From positions 13,036,110 to 13,071,819 of the forward strand of contig NC_069003.1 of assembly GCF_001194135.2 (NCBI RefSeq): DNA of 35,710 nucleotides, given 5' to 3'. Below are positions 22,441 to 35,276 of this stretch, piece by piece; the stretch's first letter is position 1, and the number at the start of each line of letters is the position of its first letter. This stretch comes from Octopus bimaculoides (Eukaryota). The notes beneath the pieces are model-generated. The model saw only the letters and a program-made list of their open reading frames with translations, was not told where the DNA came from and ran no database searches. A program made the position numbers and the translations under genes.

Positions 22441-23711
22441 CTATATACACTCAAAATTTTATTACTGTTAACTACAGAAAGTGATTTTACCTCAAAGCTT
22501 TGAAAAACAAAACCACTTTTTATGCTGCAAGAAGCAAAGGCTCCCCCAGTAACACTTGTTACAAAAGACACTTCTTCAGATTTTCTTAGTTTTATTCCAC
22601 ATATTTCATCAAATACCTCTTTATAGATCAAAAATCAATTAAGTTTAGTGGTGGATATGAAAACTGTACCTGCAGGAGATCCTGAAAAAGTACTGCAGAA
22701 ACAGAAACTATCAATTCTAGTTTTTGGTGGATTATTGACGCCATCAAGACACTGTTTGAAGAATTTAATTATGCAGCCAAATGGTTAAGAAAGTGATTGG
22801 CAGAATCTTTAGATTCTGCAGTGTTTCTTATGGCTCTTTATGTTCTGAGTTCAAATGAGGTGGAAGTTAACAATCAAATGCAAATAACAGCTACTCTGTT
22901 GATCTAGTGGCATGAGGCTACCCACTCATCATCGTTTAACATCTGCTTTCCATGCTAGCATGGGTTGGACGATTTGACTGAGGACTGGTGAACCAGATGG
23001 CTACATCAGGCTTCAATCTGATTTGGCAGAATTTCTACAGCTGGATGCCCTTCCTAACACCAACCACTCCGAGAGTGTAGTGGGTGCTTTTACATGCCAC
23101 TGGCACGAAGGCCAGTCAACAGCCACTCTGAACAGAAAATATGCAAATCTATTTTTTAGTGGAGAATTAACATCATTAAGGCCATTGTCCAAGGAATTAC
23201 TCAGTCAAAACATTAATGAATGAACAAAAGAGTCTTTGTGCAGTTGCTGGACTTGATAAAAATGACAGTCAAATATCCATTATAATCATGTTAGGGACAC
23301 ATGAGACAAAGTCACAGATATACTAACAGACAGGATTGTCACAGCTAGAACACCTTTGATCAAAGTTCTCAACAGGGATCACCTGGAGCTAAGGAACAAC
23401 ACCACCACCACCATGTGAGTTGAGCCACTGAGTGAGCTTCTATGTAGTTGCTTGACCTGCTGGAAACAGCAGTCAAATGTATGCATGTGTGTGTATATGT
23501 TTGTGTGTCTGTGCTTGTCCCTCCACCATCGCTTGACAACCGATGCTGGTGTGTTTACATCCCCGTAACTTAGCGGTTCAGCAAAAGTGACCGATAGAGT
23601 AAGTACTAGGCTTACAAAGAATAAGTCTTGGGGTCGATTTGCTCGACTAAAGGTGGTGCTCCATCATGGCCGCAGTCAAATGACTGAAAGTAAAAGAATA
23701 AAAGAGTAAAG

Positions 23712-24273
23712 TTGATCTCAGCAAAATTTGAGCTCAGAATGTAAAGGCAGGAGAAGTGTCACTAAGCATTTTGTCCAGCATGCTAACGATTCTGCCAAAT
23801 CACCACAACAATAATTATCCTTTCTACTAAAGCCACAAGGCCTGAAATTTCGGGGGAGGGGACTAGTCAATTGCATCAACCCCAATGTTTAACTGGTATT
23901 TAGTTTATCAACCCCAAAAGGATGAAAGATAAAGTCAACCTCGGTGAAATTTGAACTCAGAATGTGAAATAACATTAGGCCTTTCGCCCAGCATGTGAAC
24001 AATTCTGCCAACTTGCCGCCTTAATAATAATAATAATGATGATAATAATAATAATAATAATCCTTTCTACTAAAGACACAAGGCCTGAAATTTTAGGGAA
24101 GGGGACTAGTCAATTACATCAACCCCAGTTTTTCACTGGTACTTAATTTATTGACCCCGAAAGGATGAAAGGCAAAGTCGACCTCAGCAGAATTTGACCT
24201 CGGAAGGTCGAGATGAACAAAATACCGATAAGCATTTCATCTGGTGTGCAAATGATTCTGCCAGCTCACCACC
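23712..24273 (-). mobile_element. Second head-to-tail array of SINE family B (3 copies) with (AAT)n spacers
   Basis: Reverse complement of the 14586 unit; 5' ends near 23804, 24022 and 24273. Confidence 0.8.
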
Positions 24274-24319
<46 letters not shown>

Positions 24320-24849
24320 NNNNNNNNNNNNNNNNNNNNNNNNNNNNNNNNNNNNNNNNNNNNNNNNNNNNNNNNNNNNNNNNNNNNNNNNNNNNNNNNN
24401 NNNNNNNNNNNNNNNNNNNNNNNNNNNNNNNNNNNNNNNNNNNNNNNNNNNNNNNNNNNNNNNNNNNNNNNNNNNNNNNNNNNNNNNNNNNNNNNNNNNN
24501 NNNNNNNNNNNNNNNNNNNNNNNNNNNNNNNNNNNNNNNNNNNNNNNNNNNNNNNNTTTCTACAGTTAAGTTTCACACGTAAGGAATTTCCTTTCTCTGC
24601 CACCAACACCAACACTGCAATTACCAACCACCAATGCCGACAACAACAACAGCAACAGCAACACCAACATCACCTCCACAACCTTACAACACCAACACCA
24701 CCGCCATCGACACAGCCACCGACATCGACCACCACCACCACCATCATCATCATAAAACTGAAGAAATAAAGAGAATTTATCTCGTTTTATCCGAATATAG
24801 TTCATCTTTTAACTTTTTTGTTGTTGTTCTTTTCAGTTTTGTGTGAGAA

Positions 24850-25067
24850 AGTGTAAACTATAGAATTAGCAGTGTGTATACACAGAACTCTATGTACGTT
24901 CATGTTCGTATGTGTGTGTATGTGTGTGTGTGCACATGCTGATGTAAACTGTATAGTTAATTTTGTGTATGTATATGTGTGCATGTGTTGATACAAATTG
25001 TGCAGTTAATATGTAGTAAACAGAGGTGTGTGAGTATGCATGTGTGTGTGTGTATGTGTATGTATGG

Positions 25068-25117
<50 letters not shown>

Positions 25118-27094
25118 ACTTGGGGATGGTCATATTGCCAGTTTAGCAATATATATATATATACACCATACACACACACACACATGTAAATTTGTGTATG
25201 AATATAAGCATGTGTGCGTGTATGCATGTTGATGCAAACTGTGTAATTAATGGTATGTTAAAAATAGCAGTGTGTGTGTGTGTGTCTGTATGTATGTGTG
25301 TGTGTATGTATATATTTGTGTGTGTGTATGCATTGTATGTGAAAGTCTGACTTATTTTTCATCATTTTTATAATTGTACACAAATAGAACAAAAGGACTG
25401 ACACAATTTTCACACACACACACTAATATATATAGTAATATATAAGTTTGTGTGTGTGCATATATACACACATAATATGAAATGGGAGCAGCACTCAATA
25501 TATAATATAGAGTTTTAATATGTTTGTGTGTGGAGGTGGGGGATGTAAAATGCATGCATGTGTGTTTGTCTTAGATGTATACATAAGTCAGGAACACATA
25601 AATTACACACATATATTCATATAGAGATAAAAGATACAAATGTACACACACATATGTATATATGTATTTTTATATAAACACATATACAAGTACATTCACA
25701 TATATACACACACACACACATTAATACATACATGTATATATACACATATTCATATATATATGCACATGCACATTCATACACATACACTCACATTTTCATA
25801 CATATATATATACACATACACACATTTACATATATACACACACATTCATATATATACACATACACACATTCAAATATACACACACACACACTCACATATA
25901 CACACACATTCACATATATATACACACACACACATACATACATACACATATTCACTCATACACACACACACACATTCACACACATATATACANNNNNNNN
26001 NNNNNNNNNNNNNNNNNNNNNNNNNNNNNNNNNNNNNNNNNNNNNNNNNNNNNNNNNNNNNNNNNNNNNNNNNNNNNNNNNNNNNNNNNNNNNNNNNNNN
26101 NNNNNNNNNNNNNNNNNNNNNNNNNNNNNNNNNNNNNNNNNNNNNNNNNNNNNNNNNNNNNNNNNNNNNNNNNNNNNNNNNNNNNNNNNNNNNNNNNNNN
26201 NNNNNNNNNNNNNNNNNNNNNNNNNNNNNNNNNNNNNNNNNNNNNNNNNNNNNNNNNNNNNNNNNNNNNNNNNNNNNNNNNNNNNNNNNNNNNNNNNNNN
26301 NNNNNNNNNNNNNNNNNNNNNNNNNNNNNNNNNNNNNNNNNNNNNNNNNNNNNNNNNNNNNNNNNNNNNNNNNNNNNNNNNNNNNNNNNNNNNNNNNNNN
26401 NNNNNNNNNNNNNNNNNNNNNNNNNNNNNNNNNNNNNNNNNNNNNNNNNNNNNNNNNNNNNNNNNNNNNNNNNNNNNNNNNNNNNNNNNNNNNNNNNNNN
26501 NNNNNNNNNNNNNNNNNNNNNNNNNNNNNNNNNNNNNNNNNNNNNNNNNNNNNNNNNNNNNNNNNNNNNNNNNNNNNNNNNNNNNNNNNNNNNNNNNNNN
26601 NNNNNNNNNNNNNNNNNAAGGAAGGGATGCAGTTGGGGGAGTTGACTATTGGTGTTCTGTCCATGTATTTGCATGTGTAGGTGGATAGGTTTTTGTGAAT
26701 ATGTGTGTGCATGTGCGTGAGATTGTGTGTGTGTGTGTATGTGTGTGACATTGTGCATTTGTATAGAAGTTTATGCATGTATGTTAATCTATGTGTGCGT
26801 GTGTGTGTGATTGTATGCATTTGTATTGAAATGTGTGTGTGACTATTTGTGTGTGTGACTATTTGTTGGATATCTGCATTCATGGATAATTAGATGCATG
26901 TGTGTGTGGGTACGGAATTGCAGGCAAGCTGTCTATATCTATATGTCTGTATGTACATGTGAATGTGCTGGTGTGTGCTGTGTGCATGTAGGATATCTGT
27001 ATATCTGTATGTGGCATGATTACATAGATGTGTGTATGTGTGCACATGTGTGTGTGGAATTGTACATCTCTATATGCATATATGCATGCATGCA

Positions 27095-27159
<65 letters not shown>

Positions 27160-27299
27160 ATTTGTGTATATGTGTTTATGTATGTGTATATATATAGAGA
27201 GAGAGATGTGCATATGGAGAAAACATGTTATTGCATGTGGGTGTATATATATGTGAGAGTATGAATGAATGTATAAAAATGCACATAAATGTATGTATG

Positions 27300-27334
<35 letters not shown>

Positions 27335-27409
27335 ACAAACACATATATACATACATACACATATATACACACACACATATATAGAGAGAGAGACGCATTT
27401 ATACACATG

Positions 27410-27449
<40 letters not shown>

Positions 27450-27538
27450 AGCAAATATATGTATATATATGTATGCATATCTTTGTTCATAAATTAAATA
27501 TATGTATATAAGAGCTGTGTGTATTGGTATACATGTAT

Positions 27539-27581
<43 letters not shown>

Positions 27582-27660
27582 CATATATATATATAAGTGA
27601 CTTTGTATGTATATACTAGAGATGTGTATGTGAGTGAATAGGTAGATATTATGGACCTGG
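24850..27660. repeat. Large compound (TA)n/(CA)n/(TG)n microsatellite field with an N gap
   Basis: Direct reading; source of the HT/YI/VC ORFs. Confidence 0.9.
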
Positions 27661-27938
27661 GATGTGGACAAACACTAGCAGATGGATGGAGAAGAAGTTG
27701 TCAGCCAATACAGATGGAATGGGAAGACATGGGAACAGACAGAGGGAAAAGGCTGAACTCAAATTCATGATGTTTGTTGAATCTTCTAACAAGGGAGATG
27801 AGATAAGGGACCACAGCAAGTGGTGAGGCGCTGTGCTAGAGGAGACCTGTGCAACCCAAGCAAGTAAGGATGGGTGAGGAACCAGAGATAAAGTGATGAT
27901 GATGATGATGTGTACAGAGATAAATGTATGAGAATGAA

Positions 27939-27983
<45 letters not shown>

Positions 27984-27984
27984 T

Positions 27985-28325
27985 TTTACTTATTTCAGTT
28001 ATTTGACTGCGGCCATACTGGAGTACTGCCTTGAAGGGTTTTAATTGAACAAATCGACCCCAGTACTTATTTTTTAAGCCTAGTACTTAATCTATGCCAA
28101 ACTGCTATGTTACAGGGACACAAACACACCAAGGGGGCAGACAAACACAGACACAAAGACACACACACACATATGCATGATGGGCTTGTTTCAGTTTCTC
28201 TCTACCAAATCAACTCACAAGGCTTTGGTTGACCCAAGGCTATATTAGAAGACACTTGCCCAAGGTACCATGCAGTGGGACTGAACCCAGAACCATGTGG
28301 TTGGAATGCAAGCTTCTTGCCACAC
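27985..28325 (-). mobile_element. SINE-like family A copy
   Basis: Same layout as 17845-18250. Confidence 0.75.
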
Positions 28326-28804
28326 ACATACACACATATATATATACATGCATATGAACATATGTGACAAAATGTGCTTACAGATATATATATATATATA
28401 TATATATANNNNNNNNNNNNNNNNNNNNNNNNNNNNNNNNNNNNNNNNNNNNNNNNNNNNNNNNNNNNNNNNNNNNNNNNNNNNNNNNNNNNNNNNNNNN
28501 NNNNNNNNNNNNNNNNNNNNNNNNNNNNNNNNNNNNNNNNNNNNNNNNNNNNNNNNNNNNNNNNNNNNNNNNNNNNNNNNNNNNNNNNNNNNNNNNNNNN
28601 GATTTTCCCAGGGACCTCATGGAAGTAAGGATCCAATTTTGATCTATGTATACTGTGATTACCTGTCAGATAAATACTATAGGGCCTGATGCATTGATTT
28701 TCTCGGGGCCTATACTGCAACTAAGATGGCCCTGAGCGTATATACAACAATAGTGTATATGTATATATATATATATATGTGGGTAGAGGCAATATGCATG
28801 TATA

Positions 28805-29019
28805 CAAGGGAGTGTTGAAAAGTTCCTGGCTTTAAAGGCATCGCAAAAGGCCTGACTGGAGGCCCAACCTTCCAAGTTCTTTTACAGGGCTTACAAAAAC
28901 TGAAGGACTGCTGCAATAAGTGTGTGAATCTAAGAGGGGATTGTGTTGAATAAAATCATAATTAACTGAGTCTCCGGTATTTTCTTTTACCCAAAGCCAG
29001 GAATTTTCAGCACCCCCTC

Positions 29020-29020
<1 letters not shown>
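28805..29020. mobile_element. Mariner-type MITE (same family as 17396)
   Basis: TA-caagggagtgttgaaaagttcctggcttt ... aaagccaggaattttcagcaccccctcg. Confidence 0.8.
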
Positions 29021-29050
<30 letters not shown>

Positions 29051-29962
29051 TAAAGGTGGAAGTGGTGACAGTTCAGTGGTGTTGGTTGGTATTAAAAAGT
29101 TTCATTCATTCAAAGACAATCTTCAGATCAACCCACTCCACCTCTAACACTATCGTTGACACCCTACGTGCCAGATATGATACCTGATACAATGACCGCA
29201 AGCAGCATTAATTGAAATCAGAATCTACAGAACCAGAACAAATATTACAAGACATCCTCCATGCTACTGCTAACCAATTCTGTTGACCTACTGCCCTGCA
29301 CTGGTGCTTTATACATGATTATCCCCACTAAAAGAAAAGAATGGAAGGTAAAGTTGACTTTAGTGTGATTTGAACACAGAGTACAGCGAGTCAGAACAAA
29401 TACCACAAATCATTTTGTATGATGCCCTAACCACTGAGCCAATCCATTGTCTTATATATAAATGATTGTTGCTGTTGTTGCAGAGTCGACCTATGGCATA
29501 CAAGAAATCAATGAAACAGATCGATACAATACACCACAGATCTACAAATATCCAATAATTCCACCTAGCTGAAGACCACACTACACATTTGAATATGCAG
29601 CAGCAGTGGTGGTTGTTATTTAGCCTCACTTCCGACATTCCAGCCATGCCGTTCCTGCCAAACTACATTATCCAATGTGCCAGCTACATTTTTTATGATG
29701 ACATGGTGTAATTAGAGGGAAATTCAGCTGCTATTTCCAGTAGGTTCAGTGACCACAGAGGTAGGTACCATGTATTTCTCTGCTGTCCAGTCAATAATGG
29801 TGGTACTGGTGGCAGTGGTGGTGGCCACAGTAGAGGTGGGCTTAGTTGGAGTGAGTTAGTTGTTGTTCTCCTACACTGCACTCATAATTGGAGGTGTGCA
29901 TGTCAGAAAGGTGTTCTAAGTGTGAAGCAGTGATGTGTAATGGAAGGAGTCAAGGCTGTATG

Positions 29963-30310
29963 GTGAGTGGAGGGAGGCAGTGCTGTGAGTAGGGATTGCG
30001 TAGTAAGTGGAGATGGGCTGCATCATGAGTGGGATCAGAGCTGTGAGTGGGAGCGGTGCTGTGAGTGGAAGCAGTGCTGTGAGTGGAAGCAGTGCCGTGA
30101 GTGGAAGCAGTGCCGTTAGTGAAAGTAGTGCCATGAGTAGGAGCAGTACCATGAGTGGGAGCAGTGCCGTGAGTGGGAGTGACGCTGTGAGTGGGAGCGG
30201 TGCATGAGTGGGAGCAGTGCCATGAGTGGGAACCGTACCGTGAGTAGGAGCAGTGCAGTGAGTGAGAGCAGTGCAGTGAGTGGGAGCAGTGCCGTGAGTA
30301 GAAGAAGTGA
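29963..30310. repeat. 18-bp minisatellite (gtgagtgggagcagtgcN), about 16 units
   Basis: Direct reading; one unit is 17 bp. Confidence 0.9.
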
Positions 30311-30607
30311 GTGAAGTGCAACAAGTGAATATTAGTAGCAAGATTTCCAAAGGTCAGCAACTTTCACAGGGGTCAGCAAACTGAATCCCTCACATATGTC
30401 GGAGGTTGTTCAGCTTTAGTCTTTAAGCATTTAAACCAGCCACATCCAGCTCAAATATCTTAACCTAATTTATGTCCAAACTGGCCAGATTCAGCCTCTC
30501 ACACCTACCCTACAATCTCATTCCAAAAATAAACAATGATAATGCATGATTAATTCAATACAATGTGAAGAAACAAGCATTGCATTTGACAGAGTAATCT
30601 GAATGCT

Positions 30608-31012
30608 CCCGTCAAAAGCTCATAATTGAATCGACATTGTAGAAAGAAGTGATCTTCGTTTATTGTTGACAATGTCTGAGCTGAATATTGCAAAACAAGC
30701 AGAACAGTATCAACCACAAGCTTTGCATTAAATATTATCTTCTTTTAATAAAGATGTCCTTGTATGTTTATGACTCATTTTACTCGTGAACATTCATTTT
30801 CCATAGAATTTAGTTGTTAAAGTTTATGCGCAATAAATTGGTTATACGTCTAGAATATACAAAATAGTTCAGCAATTTTTATACAAGTCCTAATAATATT
30901 TAATATTTAAAAATACAATAGAATTTTTTAAACATTGAATGGGTGGGGTCTACAGGAGTAAAACAGGAATCAAAGACGTCCATGGGTAAAAAAAAAAAGG
31001 TTGAGGACCCTT
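30608..31012 (+). mobile_element. 3' fragment of a hAT (Charlie-like) transposon
   Basis: HN*IDIVERSDLRLLLTMSELNIAKQAEQYQPQALH* resembles Charlie/ZBED transposase C-termini. Ends in the TIR-like ggttgaggacccttg. Confidence 0.55.
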
Positions 31013-31317
31013 GGGTTAGAATATACTTGTTGTTCTTGCTAGTTAAGCACAGGTCAATTCCTCATCAAACAGAGCTATGATCAAAGGTGTTCCAACCATG
31101 GCCATCCCAACATCTAGATGTATTCATCACTACATAATCTAATATGTCCTTCAAAAGACAACACAGAGCAAAGGTCAATAATTGGGGGATTTTTTTTTTC
31201 TTCTAAATATTACCTAAAAATCTACTCAAATAAAATTAAATTAGGCTCAGACTTCAAAGTTGTTGATTGATTTTAAAACTGTTTCAGAAGGTAAATAAAC
31301 AAAATGTTGCCATCAGG

Positions 31318-31775
31318 CATGGCTGTGTGGAAAGAAGCCTGCTTCCCAACCACATGGTTCAAGGTTCAGTCCCATTGCATGGCATCTTGGGCAAGTGTCT
31401 TCTACTACAGTCTCGGGATGAGTAAAGCGTTGTGAGCAGGTTTGGTAGGCAGAAACTGAAAGAAGCCTGTTGTATATTGCGTGTGTGTGCGCACATGCAC
31501 ATTTGTCCCCCAATACTGCTTAATAACTGGTGTTGGTGTCCCCATAGCTTAGCAGTTCTGCAAAAGAGACCAATAAAATAAGTGCTTTTGACGGTAGCAT
31601 TCAGATTACTCCAAAAGTTCAATTGTGTGTGTGTGTGTGTGTGTGCGGGCCGACTGTCATCCAGCTCCATCCAGAAACAAAAAAGCACATGGGTCGATTA
31701 TTTTGACCACACCCTTCAAGGTGTACCCCAGCATGGCTGCAGTCTAATAACTAAAACAAGTAAAAAATAACAAGA
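31318..31775 (+). mobile_element. SINE-like family A copy
   Basis: Head tgtgtggaaagaagcctgcttcccaaccacatgg; tail cagcatggctgcagtctaataactaaaacaag. Confidence 0.75.
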
Positions 31776-31961
31776 CGACAAATTGAAAAGGGATTAGTCA
31801 AGTAAATCGACCCCAGTACTTGAGTGGTACTTTATTTTATCAACCCCACAAAATTGACTGACAGGGTTTGAACTCGGAATGTAAAGAACGAAAAGAAATA
31901 CAACCAAACGTCTTGTCTAACAGGATTCTGTCAATCTATAACCCCATTTTTTTTGGATTAA

Positions 31962-32191
31962 CCCTTTAACTGAAAATTCAGTTCCATGGTTATTCCGATA
32001 ATGATGTTAAATACCTAACAAAAAATAGAATTGGTATTCTCTGCAAGTCACATTGTGTCAATAAACTTAACAAAAAATAGTTTCAAATAAAAAATTCCTC
32101 CACAAAAGATAGATTGGAATATAAAATTGTTTTCTGTAGTTAAGGGAAATGAAATTTTGAGCAGATATATCAGATTTCCACAGTAGAAGGG
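31962..32191. mobile_element. piggyBac-type MITE
   Basis: TTAA on both sides (31958-31961, 32192-32195). TIRs CCCTTTAACTG and reverse complement CCCTTCTACTG. Confidence 0.75.
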
Positions 32192-32364
32192 TTAATGACA
32201 CTCTAGACATCAATTAATGACAATTATTAATTAATTCATCAATGAAATAAATTAATGACAATTAATTAATTAATCAATGTTATATATTAATGACAGTTAC
32301 TGAAGAACAGGAAGCTTTCATTAAAAATATCTCTACTTCGTATTTTGTGAAAAATGATGGGTTT

Positions 32365-32670
32365 AGTGGAGATGCATGGCTTAGTGGTTAGAGTCTTAGG
32401 CTACCAATCTTACAATCATGAGTTCGAATCCTGGCAGCATGTTGTGTCTTTGAGCAAGACATTTTATTTTGCATTGGACCGGTCCACTCTGCTGCCAAAA
32501 ATGAGTTGTGCCCATTATTCAAAAGGCCAACTTCAACACATTTTCTGTCACGCTGAATCTCCCTGGGAATTATATTAAGGGTACACATGTCTGTGAAGAT
32601 CTCAATAACTTACATGGTAATTTCACGAGCAGGTTGTTTCGTTGATCGGATCAACTGAAACACTCACTGT
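32365..32670 (+). mobile_element. tRNA-derived SINE family D copy
   Basis: tggcttagtggttagagt...gagttcgaatcctgg...ttgagcaagacattttatttt. Confidence 0.65.
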
Positions 32671-32750
32671 CATAACCAACAGTAAGTGAAAATATCAGAA
32701 TGTTCCAGAAGTAAGAGACAGGGGTGTTTTGTTTTGTTTTGTTTATAAAG

Positions 32751-32806
32751 CTTGCCCAGGTAGAAGGTGTAGTAGCCATAATGGTTACCGACTTTCTTGG
32801 AGACTG
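32751..32806 (+). CDS. Candidate coding exon of an unidentified plus-strand gene (LAQVEGVVAIMVTDFLGD-W)
   Basis: T-rich acceptor ...gtttataaag and donor CTG|gtgaga. Open in phase 0 to 2 and joins 35241-35276 in frame. No homology recognised. Confidence 0.3.
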
Positions 32807-33430
32807 GTGAGATTGATACAGTCAATTGGTATTATATCAATATTTAAGGTGCCTGTAGGGCTGTGTGATTAAGAAGCTCGCTTCACAACCTTGTGATCTT
32901 GGATTCAGTCCTACAGTGTAGCACCTCAAGCATCGGCCAAAGACTTGTGAGCAGATTAGGCAGACAGAAACTGAAAGAAGTTTGTCGTGTGCATGTGTGT
33001 GTGTGTGTCTCTCTCTCTATCTATCTATCTATCTATCTATCTCTGCTTGTATCTCTTTGTCCTGATACTGTGTAAAATGACTGTCATTCTCATACAAGCA
33101 GTGTCATTTTATTTCCAATATTCTCCAAAAACATGCCTGGCCATGGGGAAATACTTGTTTGGAAACAGGTGAAGGTTGGCAACAAGAAGGGAATCTGGCC
33201 AGAGAAAATCTGCCTCAAAAGATTCTGTCCAACACATTCAAGCATGGAAAAGTGGATATTAAAATGACAAACTGAATGAAACCCATTGTGTGTATGTGTG
33301 TGTGTATGTATATGCATGCATGTGTGTGTGNNNNNNNNNNNNNNNNNNNNNNNNNNNNNNNNNNNNNNNNNNNNNNNNNNNNNNNNNNNNNNNNNNNNNN
33401 NNNNNNNNNNNNNNNNNNNNNNNNNNNNNN

Positions 33431-33465
<35 letters not shown>

Positions 33466-34266
33466 TCAAAAATTGAACAGAAGCAGAACTAGTGTAATAG
33501 ATATTATCAACCCCACATATATTTAATGTACATGCTTTGTATCATATATTTGCTGGTAGGCTGCTAGTGCCATGGTAGAGAATACTTTCTCAGAGACTTA
33601 AGAGTTGTGGACAGGAGAGTTAACTCGCCTTCAATCTCATCTAGGAGTGATGGGCATCATTGTTTTGCCATGTTTGTAGCATGTCAACATCACACACCTG
33701 ATTAGGATCAGAGATGAATCACTTCACCAGTCCATGACTTATATACTCATGACATTGCAAACCATGTGTGGGTATGTCTGGACAATGCATACATAAGAAT
33801 AAATTCAAATATGAAATAGAAGCAGCACTAGTGAGATAAGCAACATCAACCACATATACTTAACGTATAAGCTTCGTTTAATTTCCGGTAGGCTGCTACT
33901 GGCATGCTGGTGAATACACTCTCAAAGAGCAGATGTTAAAGTTACTAACAATCGTTTTCATGAAGTATTGTTTCATATGTATAAATGTTTGAAAGGTAAA
34001 ACAATGCAAGATATAGAAGTTTATACAGGTAGATGGTTAATGATATAATCTGATATTGTAATATTGCCAAGTTAGGAAATACTAATATTACATAATTGTA
34101 CTAACAGACACAGACATGGCTGTGTGGTAAGCAGTTTGCTTCCTAACCACATGGTTTGGGGTTCATTCCCACTGGATGGCACCTTGGGCAAGTGTTTTCT
34201 ACTAAAGCGTTGGGCTGACCAAATGTTTTGTAGAAACTGAAAGACGCCCGTCATGTGTGTGTGTAT

Positions 34267-34339
<73 letters not shown>

Positions 34340-35113
34340 CATACAAGCATATCCCACCCTACACCGTTAATTGGTTCCAGGAGACACAACTTAAATTAAC
34401 TTGTCTCTAGGCTAAACTGATAATAACCATTCCCAATACTTTATTTATGAACGTATTTTCAATAATATATGGTTAATAAAAAACTTATTTTAAGCTTACA
34501 AAAAACAATTTTTATTTTTCAAAACAGTATAATAACAAAAAAAGTAATCTAAATTTACGAATACGCTTTNNNNNNNNNNNNNNNNNNNNNNNNNNNNNNN
34601 NNNNNNNNNNNNNNNNNNNNNNNNNNNNNNNNNNNNNNNNNNNNNNNNNNNNNNNNNNNNNNNNNNNNNNNNNNNNNNNNNNATGAGACATAGTAAAATA
34701 AAAGCTTTTTTTAAGCTTAAAAAACAAATTCAGTAATTAATATTCTTTTGCAATAGTAAAGAGAAACTAAATTATTTTAAATTTACCAATATGTACATAC
34801 AATTTGGTGGTTTCATGATTTCGTTCATTAAGCTACACTACTTTATGGTGTGTATCTTAACATTTACTGTACATATTTTAATATGATTTTATATACTTTT
34901 ATTATTATTTATTGTACAGTAACATGATTTTATGTGCTTTTAACGGTTTTCTAGTGATTTTACAATTCAAATATTTGTGGTGGACAGACACAAAGTCGAG
35001 TAAAATGACTTAACTGAATTTTTATTTTTCCATATATTATTTTTGAAAACCAATGTATAATCAAGAACGACTTAAGTCAAGGTATGCCTGTATGTATGTG
35101 TATATATATATAC

Positions 35114-35155
<42 letters not shown>

Positions 35156-35240
35156 AATAGATGAGGTCCAGAGATTCTCAGTATAGAAAACACTTAGTAG
35201 CGGTCAAATGATTTGAACTTAGATTCCGATGTCTTTACAG

Positions 35241-35276
35241 GGGACCAATTCCATGGGGTTATAAGAGGAAATTCAG
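35241..35276 (+). CDS. Candidate 36-bp symmetric exon of an unidentified plus-strand gene
   Basis: Acceptor ttccgatgtctttacag and strong donor CAG|gtgagc. Open in phase 2 (GPIPWGYKRKF) and phase 1 (DQFHGVIRGNS). Confidence 0.4.

Noticed and set aside
22491-22618. Open minus-strand segment with AG/GT ends, in frame with HINT3 exon 2, as exon 1
   Set aside because: The peptide EVFDEICGIK...VFQSFE lacks the CxFC motif expected at the HINT N-terminus. Cryptic exon use is not excluded.
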